Notes under the pieces: model-generated
What the model saw: only the letters and a program-made list of their open reading frames with translations
The model's database searches: none
Told to the model about the DNA's origin: nothing
Assembly (NCBI GenBank): GCA_965655315.1
Contig: CBFHGJ010000008.1
Location: 10,959-74,958 of the forward strand
Origin: Bacteroidia bacterium
GTDB taxonomy: Bacteria > Bacteroidota > Bacteroidia > NS11-12g > UBA9320
Reading direction: 5' to 3'
DNA length: 64,000 nt
Part shown: positions 38,312-47,768 of the stretch, one piece after another
How the letters are laid out: each line of letters begins with the position of its first letter
Numbering within the stretch: the stretch's first letter is position 1
Made by a program: the position numbers and the translations under genes

Positions 38312-39178
38312 CTAGTATAGATTAGCATTCTCAATACAGAGGTTTGCCGCTTCTAGTTTAGGCTGCTCGACTAATCCTACACGATGTAGTGTTTCAGTTA
38401 CATTGTCTAACATCTTACTAGACAACCAATTAGAGGATTGCCATTCTACCCCAGAATACCATTGTTTTACTTGGGATAATCCAAGTCCGTACATTTCTGC
38501 TATTTTTTCAACAATATCGCTCATTTTGGAAGCCTTATTTATTGATTCTAAAATCGCGGAGCTTAAAAGTTCTATCGTTTCACTTTGCTTATTTAAGTAT
38601 TTCGGTCCGGCCACCATCATAAAACAGGGCCACGGGCTAATACATAGTTCAATCCGATCTACTTTATTTTCATTTACATAGGGCTGAGTCATAAATCTTT
38701 CCCAAAGTAAAATATCAGACTCATCTCGCTCAAAAGAAGCAATCGCACCATCAATATTCTGAACGGTAACAAAACTATCTTCCGAAATTTCGTAACCTTT
38801 CTGTTCTGCATGGACGTATGCCATAAGATGGCTACCGCTACCAAATCTACTCCGAGCTATTCTTGCTTGGCTGAGATCTTTAGAAGAGAATTTCCTACCA
38901 ACTGCACTATGAACTCCCCATATTAAGGGTGACTTCACATATTGCTGAATTATCCTACATTCACTACCGCCATGTATATGTTTCACTATACCTTCTGTCA
39001 GCACTAGGGCTATATCAAGTTCATTAGTATCTAGCATTTTACACATAGCACCACTACCGCCTTTTACATCTGACCAAGTAATCTTTATTCCATACTTCTC
39101 AAATATCCCATTAGCAATTCCATAATGCCAAGGGTAGTTAAAATGCTCAGGAACTCCTCCGACTTTTATTTCTATCAT
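38312..39178 (-). CDS. Periplasmic-binding-protein-fold (NMT1/SsuA-like) protein without a signal peptide
   Basis: MIEIKVGGVPEHFNYPW..GGSGAMCKML..DIALVLTEG, with no N-terminal hydrophobic segment. Its start lies 1 nt after the stop of the E1 gene. Confidence 0.45.
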   Translation of the reverse strand: MIEIKVGGVPEHFNYPWHYGIANGIFEKYGIKITWSDVKGGSGAMCKMLDTNELDIALVLTEGIVKHIHGGSECRIIQQYVKSPLIWGVHSAVGRKFSSKDLSQARIARSRFGSGSHLMAYVHAEQKGYEISEDSFVTVQNIDGAIASFERDESDILLWERFMTQPYVNENKVDRIELCISPWPCFMMVAGPKYLNKQSETIELLSSAILESINKASKMSDIVEKIAEMYGLGLSQVKQWYSGVEWQSSNWLSSKMLDNVTETLHRVGLVEQPKLEAANLCIENANLY

Positions 39179-39179
39179 G

Positions 39180-41231
39180 TTAGTATGCTAGGAGATCTGA
39201 AATAGCTGTAGCTACTTTATCTGCACTCGGTAACATCTCTTTTTCTAGGTCGACGTTCAGCGGTACGGCGGGTACATTTAGTGAGCCTACACATTTTACT
39301 GGAGCATCTAAATACTGAAAACAATTGTCCTGAATCCTGCCAGCTATAGCTTGTGCAAATGAGTTATGTAATGTTTCCTCAGTTAAGACAAGTGCTTTTC
39401 CGTGACGCTGTACAGCCTCATAAATTGCTTCGTCATCGCACGGACTTAAGGTTCTTAAATCCATAATTTCTACTTTGCCTTCAAAATCTTTTGCCGCATT
39501 GGTTGCCCACCATACTCCCATACCATAAGTAATTATGACCATAGATTCTCCATACTCCATTGCCTCTAAACTTGCATTCTGATGTATCCTTGCTTTTCCA
39601 AGAGGTATAACATAATCTTTAGAAGGTTCAGAGGATTTTGCTCCTTCAGTACCTGGAACTTTACTCCAATATATTCCTTTGTGTTCATACATAACAACAG
39701 GATTTGGGTCGTAAAAGGCAGCTTTCATTAAACCTTTCATATCTGCTGCATTACTAGGGTATACTACTTTGATTCCTTTGATAGGTAAAATGGAAGACTC
39801 GTTTGTTCCGCTATGATAAGGTCCACCCCCGCCATAGGCTCCAGTTGGTACTCTGATGACACTCTGTACAGGAAATTTTCCGCCACTGAGGTAACTACTT
39901 TTTGATAATTCAGTCACCAATTGGTTGACTCCAGGCCAGATATAGTCAGCAAATTGAACCTCCACTATAGGCTTACAACCCACAGCACTCATTCCAGCCG
40001 TTGAACCTATGATATATGCTTCTTGTATGGGTGTATTAAAAACTCGATCTCTACCGTGTTTGTCGGCTAAAGTCGCTGCTTCTCTAAACACTCCGCCAAG
40101 TCTGTGACCGACATCTTGGCCATATAACAATGCCTCTGAATGATCTGATAGTATTTCATCTATGGCGTGCAGTGCGGCGTCAACCATAATTATTTTTTCT
40201 GCACCTTCCGGACTACGTTTTCCTTGTTCTTCAGTTATAGGAGTTGGAGACAATACAAAGTCTTCTACTGAATGCAATTCGGGATCATCAGCATTTTGTG
40301 CTCTATCAAAATCCTCTTCAATTCTTTTTTTGGCTTCTAGAGCAAGCTGATCAATCTTATCCTGTTTTATACCTTTTTCCAGTGCTTGCTCAATTAGGAA
40401 CTTAAGAGGATCGTCTTTTTTATCTTCTTCTAAATCGTCTCTATACCATTCGCTTCTAACACCTGAAGTATGGTGACCTAAAAGGGGCACTTTAGCGTGC
40501 ACCAGCATTGGTCTTTGGTTTTTCCGCACCCATCTTATTGCCTTATTCATTTCATGATAACACTCTGTGAAATCGCTACCATTTATTCTTCCCCTACGCA
40601 AGCCTTTAAAACCAGAAGCAAATTCGTAAGCATCCATGGCTCTCATCTCATCAGCACTTGCAGATATACCCCAGTCATTGTCTTGTACCAGATATAAAAT
40701 AGGAAGTTGGTGTAAAACCGCCATTTGAAGTGCTTCTGATACTTCGCCTTCAGTCATAGAACCATCACCTATGGAACATACTACGATCGATCCACTCGTA
40801 CCAGGTTCATTGAGTTTTTTATTCTTCAAATATTGAAGACCATGGGCAATACCAGTAGTTGGGATTGCTTGCATTCCTGTAGCACTGCTTTGATGCCCCA
40901 TTTTAGGTTTATCAGAATCCAGTAATGATGGATGTGAATAGTAAGTCCTACCGCCGCTAAATGGATCGTCTTTTTTCGCAAGAAGTTGTAGCATAAGATC
41001 ATATGGAGTCATTCCTATACCTAACAATAAACTTTCATCTCTATAATAGGGAGCTACCCAATCAATGTCTTTGAGATGATAGGCCGTAGCTAACTGAATT
41101 GCTTCATGACCCTTTGAAGTAGAATGCACATATTTAGAAACAGGTCTGTTTTCATCGTAAATGTTCGCCATTTCTCTGGCCGTAAATAGATCAAGTAAGG
41201 CTTGTTCGTAAATTGATTTTTTTATGTGCAT
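39180..41231 (-). CDS. Fused alpha/beta E1 component of a TPP-dependent 2-oxoacid (branched-chain type) dehydrogenase
   Basis: TPP motif CSIGDGSMTEGEVSEAL..QDNDWGIS in the N-terminal half and a transketolase-like pyrimidine-binding beta half (DRVFNTPIQEAYIIG); 683 aa. Confidence 0.85.
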   Translation of the reverse strand: MHIKKSIYEQALLDLFTAREMANIYDENRPVSKYVHSTSKGHEAIQLATAYHLKDIDWVAPYYRDESLLLGIGMTPYDLMLQLLAKKDDPFSGGRTYYSHPSLLDSDKPKMGHQSSATGMQAIPTTGIAHGLQYLKNKKLNEPGTSGSIVVCSIGDGSMTEGEVSEALQMAVLHQLPILYLVQDNDWGISASADEMRAMDAYEFASGFKGLRRGRINGSDFTECYHEMNKAIRWVRKNQRPMLVHAKVPLLGHHTSGVRSEWYRDDLEEDKKDDPLKFLIEQALEKGIKQDKIDQLALEAKKRIEEDFDRAQNADDPELHSVEDFVLSPTPITEEQGKRSPEGAEKIIMVDAALHAIDEILSDHSEALLYGQDVGHRLGGVFREAATLADKHGRDRVFNTPIQEAYIIGSTAGMSAVGCKPIVEVQFADYIWPGVNQLVTELSKSSYLSGGKFPVQSVIRVPTGAYGGGGPYHSGTNESSILPIKGIKVVYPSNAADMKGLMKAAFYDPNPVVMYEHKGIYWSKVPGTEGAKSSEPSKDYVIPLGKARIHQNASLEAMEYGESMVIITYGMGVWWATNAAKDFEGKVEIMDLRTLSPCDDEAIYEAVQRHGKALVLTEETLHNSFAQAIAGRIQDNCFQYLDAPVKCVGSLNVPAVPLNVDLEKEMLPSADKVATAISDLLAY

Positions 41232-41311
41232 GAGAGATTTTTTCGTGCGTCTGACTAACTGTTTGCAAGTTTACTCTTTTAATTCAAGAAGTAGAAAAGC
41301 TTGAAGCTGAT

Positions 41312-42497
41312 ATGGGAAGTTCTGTTAATATATTATTATTTTGGCTGTTAACTGTGAGCTCGTTGTGAGTCATAAACTTCGTAGAAATAATATCCTTTCA
41401 GGCATTAGATCTGTACTAGCTGGTGGTCAGCCAGTACTTGACGTGAGTATTTTAGAAAATGCTTTGGATTTCAGAGCTGTTATTGATAATCTGGAACAAA
41501 TTATAAGTATTAAAAACGAACAAGGGAGATATGTTTTTGCGAACAAAACATTTTGTGATTTATTAAGACTTCAACAAGAAGAAATAATAGCCAAAGACGA
41601 TTCTGAGCTAGGATTCTTTTTAAATCCTGAGCTAATAGTTAGATCAGATACAGAAGTATTTATCACTGGAAAGAGTAAGCACAATGCCGCAGAGAATATC
41701 ACTGATTTCTTTGGGATCAAATTCCTATTTAAAACAGACCGAATACCTCTAAAAGAAAACTGGAGCAATCTAATTTACAACTTCGTAAACTAAATTCACA
41801 ACTAGAAAACCAGACTAATCAGTTAAAAGAATTTGCCTACATTTCCTCTCATAATTTAAGATCTCCAGCGGGTAATATTAGAGCGTTGTTAGACTTTTAT
41901 AAAGATGATCCGAATGCGGAAAATTTAGAATTTCTTCTTTCCAAACTGGATGTTGTTTCTGAGGATCTGCTTGGAACCATTAATGACTTAGCACTGGTGT
42001 TGCAAACCAAAAATGAAGTCTCTTCCGAAACTTCCATTATTGAATTAGACAGACTTTTTATCAAGGCTCAGAATAACTTGAGTCAAGTCATAAAGGATAA
42101 AGGAGGTGTTATCAAGTTAGAGTTAAACGGTCTGAATAAAATCCATACTTCAAAAACTTATATGGATAGTATAATCCTGAATCTGTTATCCAATTCTCTC
42201 AAATATGCACGGGAAGATGTACCTCCTAGAATAACCATTAGTACAAGGGAAGAAGAGTCGAATTTTATTCTTCAGATCACTGATAATGGAATCGGAATAG
42301 ATCTGGCGAGATATGGAAAAAAGATTTTTGGGTTGAGAAAGACATTTCATAAAAATAAAGATGCTCGTGGGGTAGGTCTTTTCATTATAAAGGCACAAAT
42401 TGAATCTCTGGAAGGCTCAATAACTGTGAACAGTAAAGTTGGTCAAGGAAGTACATTTACGGTACGTTTACCTGGTGATATAATTGTAAAAGAATGA
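41312..42497 (+). pseudogene. PAS-domain sensor histidine kinase broken by at least one frameshift
   Basis: The PAS ORF (41341..41793, frame 1) ends ..DRIPLKENWSN... The kinase frame (frame 0, open from 41733) reads KLEQSNLQLRKLNSQLENQTNQLKEFAYISSHNLRSP (H-box) and continues into N, G1 and G2 boxes (LLSNSLKYA, DNGIGID, GVGLFI). The switch lies in the run aaaagaaaa near 41750. A possible third fragment, MGSSVNILLFWLLTVSSL, starts at 41312 in frame 2. Confidence 0.65.
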
Positions 42498-42874
42498 TAG
42501 GAAAAGTTGCTATAGTAGATGACGATAGTATTTTTCAATTCACTACTAAAATAAAGATTGAAAAAGGTAAGCTTGCTACCGAGGTTCTATTCTTCAACGA
42601 TGGTGAAGAAATAATAAATTACATTTCTAATACTCCTCCGAATCAGTTGCCTGAATTAATATTACTTGATATAAATATGCCAATAATTGACGGATGGGAT
42701 TTTATCAATTTCTACAAGGAAGTACCCAAAGCTAAGCGTGATAAAATCAAGATATTTATGATAAGTTCATCCATAAATCCTGATGATATTAGACGAGCTG
42801 AGGAATCACCATTTATTTCTGATTACATCACGAAGCCTATAAAAGATAAAGACTTAAGCAAAATATTTTCTTAA
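42494..42874 (+). CDS. Stand-alone response-regulator receiver domain (CheY-like)
   Basis: VAIVDDD, phospho-acceptor LLDINMP, MISSS and ITKPI. ATGA overlap with the kinase ORF. Confidence 0.85.
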   Translation: MIGKVAIVDDDSIFQFTTKIKIEKGKLATEVLFFNDGEEIINYISNTPPNQLPELILLDINMPIIDGWDFINFYKEVPKAKRDKIKIFMISSSINPDDIRRAEESPFISDYITKPIKDKDLSKIFS

Positions 42875-42878
42875 AGTA

Positions 42879-42915
42879 AAAGGCCCATAAGGGTAGACCT
42901 ATGGACCTTTTTAAT
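42879..42915. terminator. Probable bidirectional terminator hairpin (imperfect)
   Basis: aaaggcccata pairs with tatggaccttt with one mismatch, followed by tttttaatttt. It lies between convergent genes. Confidence 0.45.
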
Positions 42916-42916
42916 T

Positions 42917-43633
42917 TTAATTTCGAATAAACCTGTCTAAGGCATTTGCCGAACTCTTAAATTGAAAACTATCATATACCAGATAGTAGTTTTTAGGGTC
43001 AAGCACTTGGTTATAGGAAATCTTTGCCAATGTGAGTCTGGTTGATTCAAAATTTAATAGTCTCATCATGTATGCTACTTGCTGACTTCTTAGTGTATTT
43101 GTCCTCATGTGTTGCTTTGCTATCCTTAGTTTTTCACTGTCAAAGGACGATTGCTCTATTCTCCTGAGGGTAGAATTATATACAAGAGATCGGTCAACAT
43201 TTCTATTGTATTGATTCTGGTTTCTAGAAGACCTATTTTGCCCAAAGTCTTGTCCACTTCCTGTTCTTGGTTGATGTCTGTACCTCCTTATTGGAATTAC
43301 TTGTTCAATAACTAGTCTTCCATTTGGTGTAATTCTAGCAAAGACTTTACTCTCCCGTGGTACAAAAATTTTACCTCTAAACTGATTGAATTGTTGTCTG
43401 TGACTTCCTCTTCGGTGATGAACCCTTCCTCGTTGACTAGTAGACACTTGGATGAAATGCCTTCCTTGCCTTAATGAATGGATTATAAACTCTCCATTAT
43501 TGGTAGCATAACGCTGGCCATTGATGGTCAATCTAGCTTGATTTGAGGGAATCCTTAGGATTAATTTGGACGCAATTGCATCCATAGCAAGTGCTAACAT
43601 TAGCACGGCTAAAAGTGTAACTGTTTTTTTCAT
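42917..43633 (-). CDS. DUF4476 domain protein, secreted
   Basis: Signal peptide, a basic R/Q/N-rich linker and C-terminal SFDSEKLRIAKQ..QQVAYMMRLLNFESTRLTLAKISY, typical of DUF4476. Confidence 0.65.
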   Translation of the reverse strand: MKKTVTLLAVLMLALAMDAIASKLILRIPSNQARLTINGQRYATNNGEFIIHSLRQGRHFIQVSTSQRGRVHHRRGSHRQQFNQFRGKIFVPRESKVFARITPNGRLVIEQVIPIRRYRHQPRTGSGQDFGQNRSSRNQNQYNRNVDRSLVYNSTLRRIEQSSFDSEKLRIAKQHMRTNTLRSQQVAYMMRLLNFESTRLTLAKISYNQVLDPKNYYLVYDSFQFKSSANALDRFIRN

Positions 43634-43668
43634 ATCATTTCTCCTTTCTGTTTATTTAGAAATGATAT
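43632..43668 (-). promoter_or_regulatory. 5'-leader hairpin that includes the first two bases of the DUF4476 start codon
   Basis: A perfect 11-bp inverted repeat atatcatttct / agaaatgatat with a 15-nt loop. On the mRNA the 3' arm ends in the A and U of the AUG (43631-43633). Confidence 0.4.
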
Positions 43669-43733
43669 TTCAAATTAAATACCGAAAAAAATGAAGCAAT
43701 ACAAGAACCTCTCTAATAGGGAGTTTCAAAGGT

Positions 43734-43760
43734 TTCATAGTGTAATAATAACACTATGAA
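43734..43760 (-). terminator. Hairpin downstream of glmS (possible terminator, no clear U-tract)
   Basis: Perfect 10-bp stem ttcatagtgt / acactatgaa with a 7-nt loop, 27 nt past the glmS stop. Confidence 0.45.
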
Positions 43761-43786
43761 TGGTGTATGAAATAGTGTACTACTAT

Positions 43787-45631
43787 CTACTCCACTGTAA
43801 CAGATTTTGCCAAATTACGAGGTTGATCTACGTTGCAGTTTCTCATTACTGCAATATAGTAAGATAGCAACTGAAGGGGTATGGTAGCAAGAATTGGGGT
43901 TAGTGAATCCTCTGTGTCTGGTATTTCGATGTAGTGGTCTGCTATTTCAGCTACTTTTTCATCTCCTTCAGTCACTATCGCGATTATTTTCCCTTTTCTT
44001 GCTTTTACTTCTTGAATATTTGAAAGCACCTTTTCGTAGTAATTGCGTTTGGTAGCTATTACTATAACAGGCATTTCCTCATCAATTAAAGCTATAGGTC
44101 CGTGCTTCATTTCTGCAGCTGGATAACCCTCCGCGTGTATATATGAAATCTCCTTAAGTTTAAGTGCACCTTCTAGAGCTACTGGGAAATTATAACCTCT
44201 ACCAAGGTATAAACAGTTCGGTGCATCTTTGTATATAGCCGCTATTTCTTCGCACTTCTGGTTACAAGATTCTAATAGATCTCTAACCTTATCAGGGATT
44301 GTATTCAGTTCTGCAAACATCTCACGCAACCTCTTGCGAGCTATTTTACCACGAATTTCCGCAATGCCAAGTGCGAGTAGGGTCAAGACTGTCACTTGAG
44401 CAGTAAATGCCTTAGTGGAGGCCACACCAATTTCGGGACCAGCATGGGTGTATGCTCCAGCGTGAGTTATTCTAGGTATACTGCTTCCAACTACATTACA
44501 TATACCGTAGATAGTAGCCCCTTTCTCTTTTGCCATTTTAAGTGCTGCAAGTGTATCTGCAGTTTCGCCACTTTGAGAAATTGCTATGATTAAGTCATCT
44601 TCTGTTATGACAGGGTTTCTATACCTAAATTCTGAAGCATACTCTACTTCTACTGGTATTCTCCCAAACTCTTCTATTAGGTATTCACCAACTAAGCCAG
44701 CATGCCAAGAAGTTCCGCAAGCAACGATAATGATTCTATCTAAATTCTTAATTTTTGAAGCATACTCTTCTAGACTACGCATAGCAAAAGTTAGATTTTG
44801 AGGGTCGAATCTCCCCCGCATAGAATCATAAATAGACTTAGGTTGTTCGAAGATTTCTTTAAGCATAAAGTGCTCATATCCACCTTTTTCCAATGCGTCT
44901 AGGCTAATTTCTAATTTTTGAATGAACGGTGATTTTTCAACGTTATCTATAGTTTTGATAGTCATTTGACCATCTCTTATAGCTACTATTTCGTTGTCGT
45001 CTAGGTATGTAACATCCTTAGTATATTCTACTATAGGAGTCGCATCGCTAGCCAAATAGTACTCCCCTTCGGTCTCACTTATTCCTACAACTAGCGGACT
45101 TCCTTTTCTTGCAGCTATTAGTGTGTTTGGGTCATTTTTACTTAGAATTACTATCGCATAAGCACCAACTACTTCATTTAATGCAAGACGAACAGCTTCT
45201 AGAAGATCGACGCCTTCTTGCTCTTTTATTTCTTCGATGAGGTGCGTAAGAACCTCTGTGTCCGTATCACTTGAAAACGTATGGCCTCTTTCTATTAGTA
45301 CTTTTTTCAGAGTAGCATAGTTTTCAATGATACCATTGTGTATCAAAGCGATATCTCCACTTTGAGATAAATGGGGGTGTGCATTTGCCGTGTTTGGCTC
45401 TCCATGAGTAGCCCAGCGGGTATGTCCTATGCCTCTATTTCCGACGATATCTTGATCACCTGCAATATCTTGTAAATCAGAAACCTTTCCTTTTGTTTTG
45501 TATATTTTAAGGTTGTCGTTTAGCAGTGCAATACCTGCACTATCGTAACCCCTATACTCTAATCTCTGTAGACCTTTTATCAAGAATTCATAGGCCTGAT
45601 CTGGCCCGTAGTAAGCTACTATTCCGCACAT
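43787..45631 (-). CDS. glmS: Glutamine--fructose-6-phosphate aminotransferase
   Basis: N-terminal MCGIVAY Ntn nucleophile, two SIS domains and C-terminal ..LAKSVTVE; 614 aa. Confidence 0.95.
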   Translation of the reverse strand: MCGIVAYYGPDQAYEFLIKGLQRLEYRGYDSAGIALLNDNLKIYKTKGKVSDLQDIAGDQDIVGNRGIGHTRWATHGEPNTANAHPHLSQSGDIALIHNGIIENYATLKKVLIERGHTFSSDTDTEVLTHLIEEIKEQEGVDLLEAVRLALNEVVGAYAIVILSKNDPNTLIAARKGSPLVVGISETEGEYYLASDATPIVEYTKDVTYLDDNEIVAIRDGQMTIKTIDNVEKSPFIQKLEISLDALEKGGYEHFMLKEIFEQPKSIYDSMRGRFDPQNLTFAMRSLEEYASKIKNLDRIIIVACGTSWHAGLVGEYLIEEFGRIPVEVEYASEFRYRNPVITEDDLIIAISQSGETADTLAALKMAKEKGATIYGICNVVGSSIPRITHAGAYTHAGPEIGVASTKAFTAQVTVLTLLALGIAEIRGKIARKRLREMFAELNTIPDKVRDLLESCNQKCEEIAAIYKDAPNCLYLGRGYNFPVALEGALKLKEISYIHAEGYPAAEMKHGPIALIDEEMPVIVIATKRNYYEKVLSNIQEVKARKGKIIAIVTEGDEKVAEIADHYIEIPDTEDSLTPILATIPLQLLSYYIAVMRNCNVDQPRNLAKSVTVE

Positions 45632-45753
45632 AGTGTAATTCTAATAAGCAAAGGTATGAAACCTATTTCAAGTACAATCAACGGTATTTCTCAGCAATTG
45701 TTGTATTGACCAAGAAAGTGTATGAGTAGCGATAAAAAAGTGCTGAGTTTAAC

Positions 45754-47013
45754 CTATAACTTGAATGTAGCTCTTAGGTCATCTACACCGTTTAGTTCCT
45801 CCCAAGGGAAAAGCTTTACTGTTACCTCTTTTTGATTTCCACCACCATCTACAAATGTTTTTGTAACGGTTTTGGTAGTTCTGCCCATATGTCCGTAGGC
45901 TGCAGATTCAGAATAAATTGGAGATCTTAGGTTGAAACGTTGTTCTACAAAGTATGGACGCATGTCGAACTTTTCCATTTTCAGTAAGATATCAGCAATT
46001 TCACCATCTGTTTGATCAACTTTAGAAGTTCCATAAGTGTTCACATAAAGGCCCATTGGTTCAGCTACACCAATTGCATAAGCAACCTGAACTAGCACTT
46101 CATTACAAATTCCAGCAGCTACTAAATTTTTTGCAATATGTCTAGTTGCATAAGCTGCACTTCTATCTACCTTACTTGGATCTTTTCCAGAGAAAGCACC
46201 ACCACCATGTGCACCTTTACCACCATAAGTATCGACAATGATCTTACGACCAGTAAGACCTGTATCTCCGTGTGGTCCTCCGATAACAAAAATACCAGTT
46301 GGGTTGATGTGATATTTTATATCATCAGTAAAAAGTGCCTGTGTCTCAGCAGGTAGAAGTTTTTTCACTCTAGGCACCAAAATATTTTTAACATCAGCAT
46401 TGATTTTGTCAAGCATTGCTTGCTCAGTATCAAAATCATCGTGTTGAGTAGAAACAACAATAGCATCTATGGCAATTGGTTTGTTGTTATCATCATACTT
46501 TATAGTTACTTGAGACTTGCTGTCAGGTCTCAAGTAAGTAATTTCTGAATTTTCTCTTCTTAGCTCTGCTAGCTCTTTAAGCAACATGTGAGATAGTTCC
46601 AGAGCCAAAGGCATATAGCTTTCAGTTTCATTGGTCGCGTATCCAAACATCATTCCTTGGTCTCCTGCTCCTTGGTCTTCAGGGTTTACACGCTCCACTC
46701 CTTGATTAATATCTGGTGATTGCTCATGAATTGCACTTAGTACACCACAGCTGTTGCCGTCGAACATATATTCACCTTTGGTATACCCGATTTTGTTGAT
46801 TGTCTCACGAGCAATTTTCTGTACATCTAAATAAGTTGTGCTTTTAACTTCTCCAGCTAAAACTACTTGACCTGTGGTAACAAGCGTTTCGCAAGCAACC
46901 TTGCTGCTGGGGTCAAATGCTAAGAAGTGATCAATAAGAGCATCTGATATTTGATCTGCTACTTTGTCTGGATGACCTTCTGATACTGATTCTGATGTAA
47001 AAAAATATGCCAT
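45754..47013 (-). CDS. metK: S-adenosylmethionine synthase
   Basis: [26 protein letters not shown] and [16 protein letters not shown] motifs; 419 aa. Confidence 0.95.
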   Translation of the reverse strand: MAYFFTSESVSEGHPDKVADQISDALIDHFLAFDPSSKVACETLVTTGQVVLAGEVKSTTYLDVQKIARETINKIGYTKGEYMFDGNSCGVLSAIHEQSPDINQGVERVNPEDQGAGDQGMMFGYATNETESYMPLALELSHMLLKELAELRRENSEITYLRPDSKSQVTIKYDDNNKPIAIDAIVVSTQHDDFDTEQAMLDKINADVKNILVPRVKKLLPAETQALFTDDIKYHINPTGIFVIGGPHGDTGLTGRKIIVDTYGGKGAHGGGAFSGKDPSKVDRSAAYATRHIAKNLVAAGICNEVLVQVAYAIGVAEPMGLYVNTYGTSKVDQTDGEIADILLKMEKFDMRPYFVEQRFNLRSPIYSESAAYGHMGRTTKTVTKTFVDGGGNQKEVTVKLFPWEELNGVDDLRATFKL

Positions 47014-47035
47014 AATTTTCTAGTTTTAGAGGGTG

Positions 47036-47043
47036 CAAAAGTA
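47036..47043 (-). promoter_or_regulatory. -7 promoter box TACTTTTG for metK
   Basis: The reverse complement of caaaagta is TACTTTTG, a perfect TAnnTTTG, 22 nt upstream of the metK ATG. Confidence 0.5.
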
Positions 47044-47161
47044 AGAAAGTTGATTAACTAAAACTATCATTAAATGGTGTTGCGTGATAGACGTATGATA
47101 GCATGATGATATGACCAAAAAAATTAATCTACCAACCGTTTGTTTAATAAATCATTTTACC

Positions 47162-47169
47162 TAACTTTG
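47162..47169 (+). promoter_or_regulatory. -7 promoter box TAACTTTG for the TetR-fad operon
   Basis: Perfect TAnnTTTG 14 nt upstream of the GTG start at 47184. Confidence 0.5.
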
Positions 47170-47183
47170 TAAGTAAGCAAACT

Positions 47184-47768
47184 GTGGCAAAGCCTAAAAT
47201 AGATAGAAAAACGCTTATACAAAATTCCCTGTCAGTATTTAAGACAAAAGGGTATAATGGCACATCTATGCAGGATTTAGCATCTGCAAACGGCTTGTTA
47301 AAAGGGAGCTTCTATCATTATATCGAAAGTAAAGAAGCATTGATGCTTGAAGTACTTCATTCTTTAAAGGAGCATTATACAAAAAGAATATTTGCGATTG
47401 CCTATGATTCGAGCATTTCAGCATTTGAGAGGCTTTCGTTATTGGCTGCTAAAGCTGAGGAAGTATTTATGTTTGAGGAAGGCGGAGACTTCTTTGTCAA
47501 TATTGGATTAGAAACTAAAAATACTGTTCCAGCTTTTGCTAAGGTAATTCAAGAGTTTTTTGCTGAATGGCTAAAAGCAATGCACAACCTTTTTTCGACT
47601 GTAATGGATAAATCGGAAGCTAAAGTGAAAGCCGAAATAGTTGTTGCCGAAATAGAAGGTTCGGTAATTCTTATGAAGTTATTAGATGATGCTGCTTACT
47701 TAAGTAGAACGAATAAAAAAATGTTAGCTGAATTTAAAAAATTAGAAACACAAAAACTAGTAAACTAG
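47184..47768 (+). CDS. TetR/AcrR-family regulator at the head of the beta-oxidation operon
   Basis: HTH GYNGTSMQDLASANGLLKGSFYHYIESKEAL. Its stop abuts the next ATG (TAG ATG). Confidence 0.85.
   Translation: MAKPKIDRKTLIQNSLSVFKTKGYNGTSMQDLASANGLLKGSFYHYIESKEALMLEVLHSLKEHYTKRIFAIAYDSSISAFERLSLLAAKAEEVFMFEEGGDFFVNIGLETKNTVPAFAKVIQEFFAEWLKAMHNLFSTVMDKSEAKVKAEIVVAEIEGSVILMKLLDDAAYLSRTNKKMLAEFKKLETQKLVN

Noticed and set aside
45632-45753. Possible glmS ribozyme upstream of glmS
   Set aside because: As far as I recall, the glmS ribozyme is essentially a Gram-positive element. The 122-nt region here is AT-rich and shows none of the conserved core I remember.
47014-47183. Possible SAM riboswitch upstream of metK
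   Set aside because: A perfect TAnnTTTG box sits only 22 nt upstream of the metK ATG, which leaves no room for an aptamer in the leader. No SAM-I or SAM-II core sequences are visible on the minus strand.
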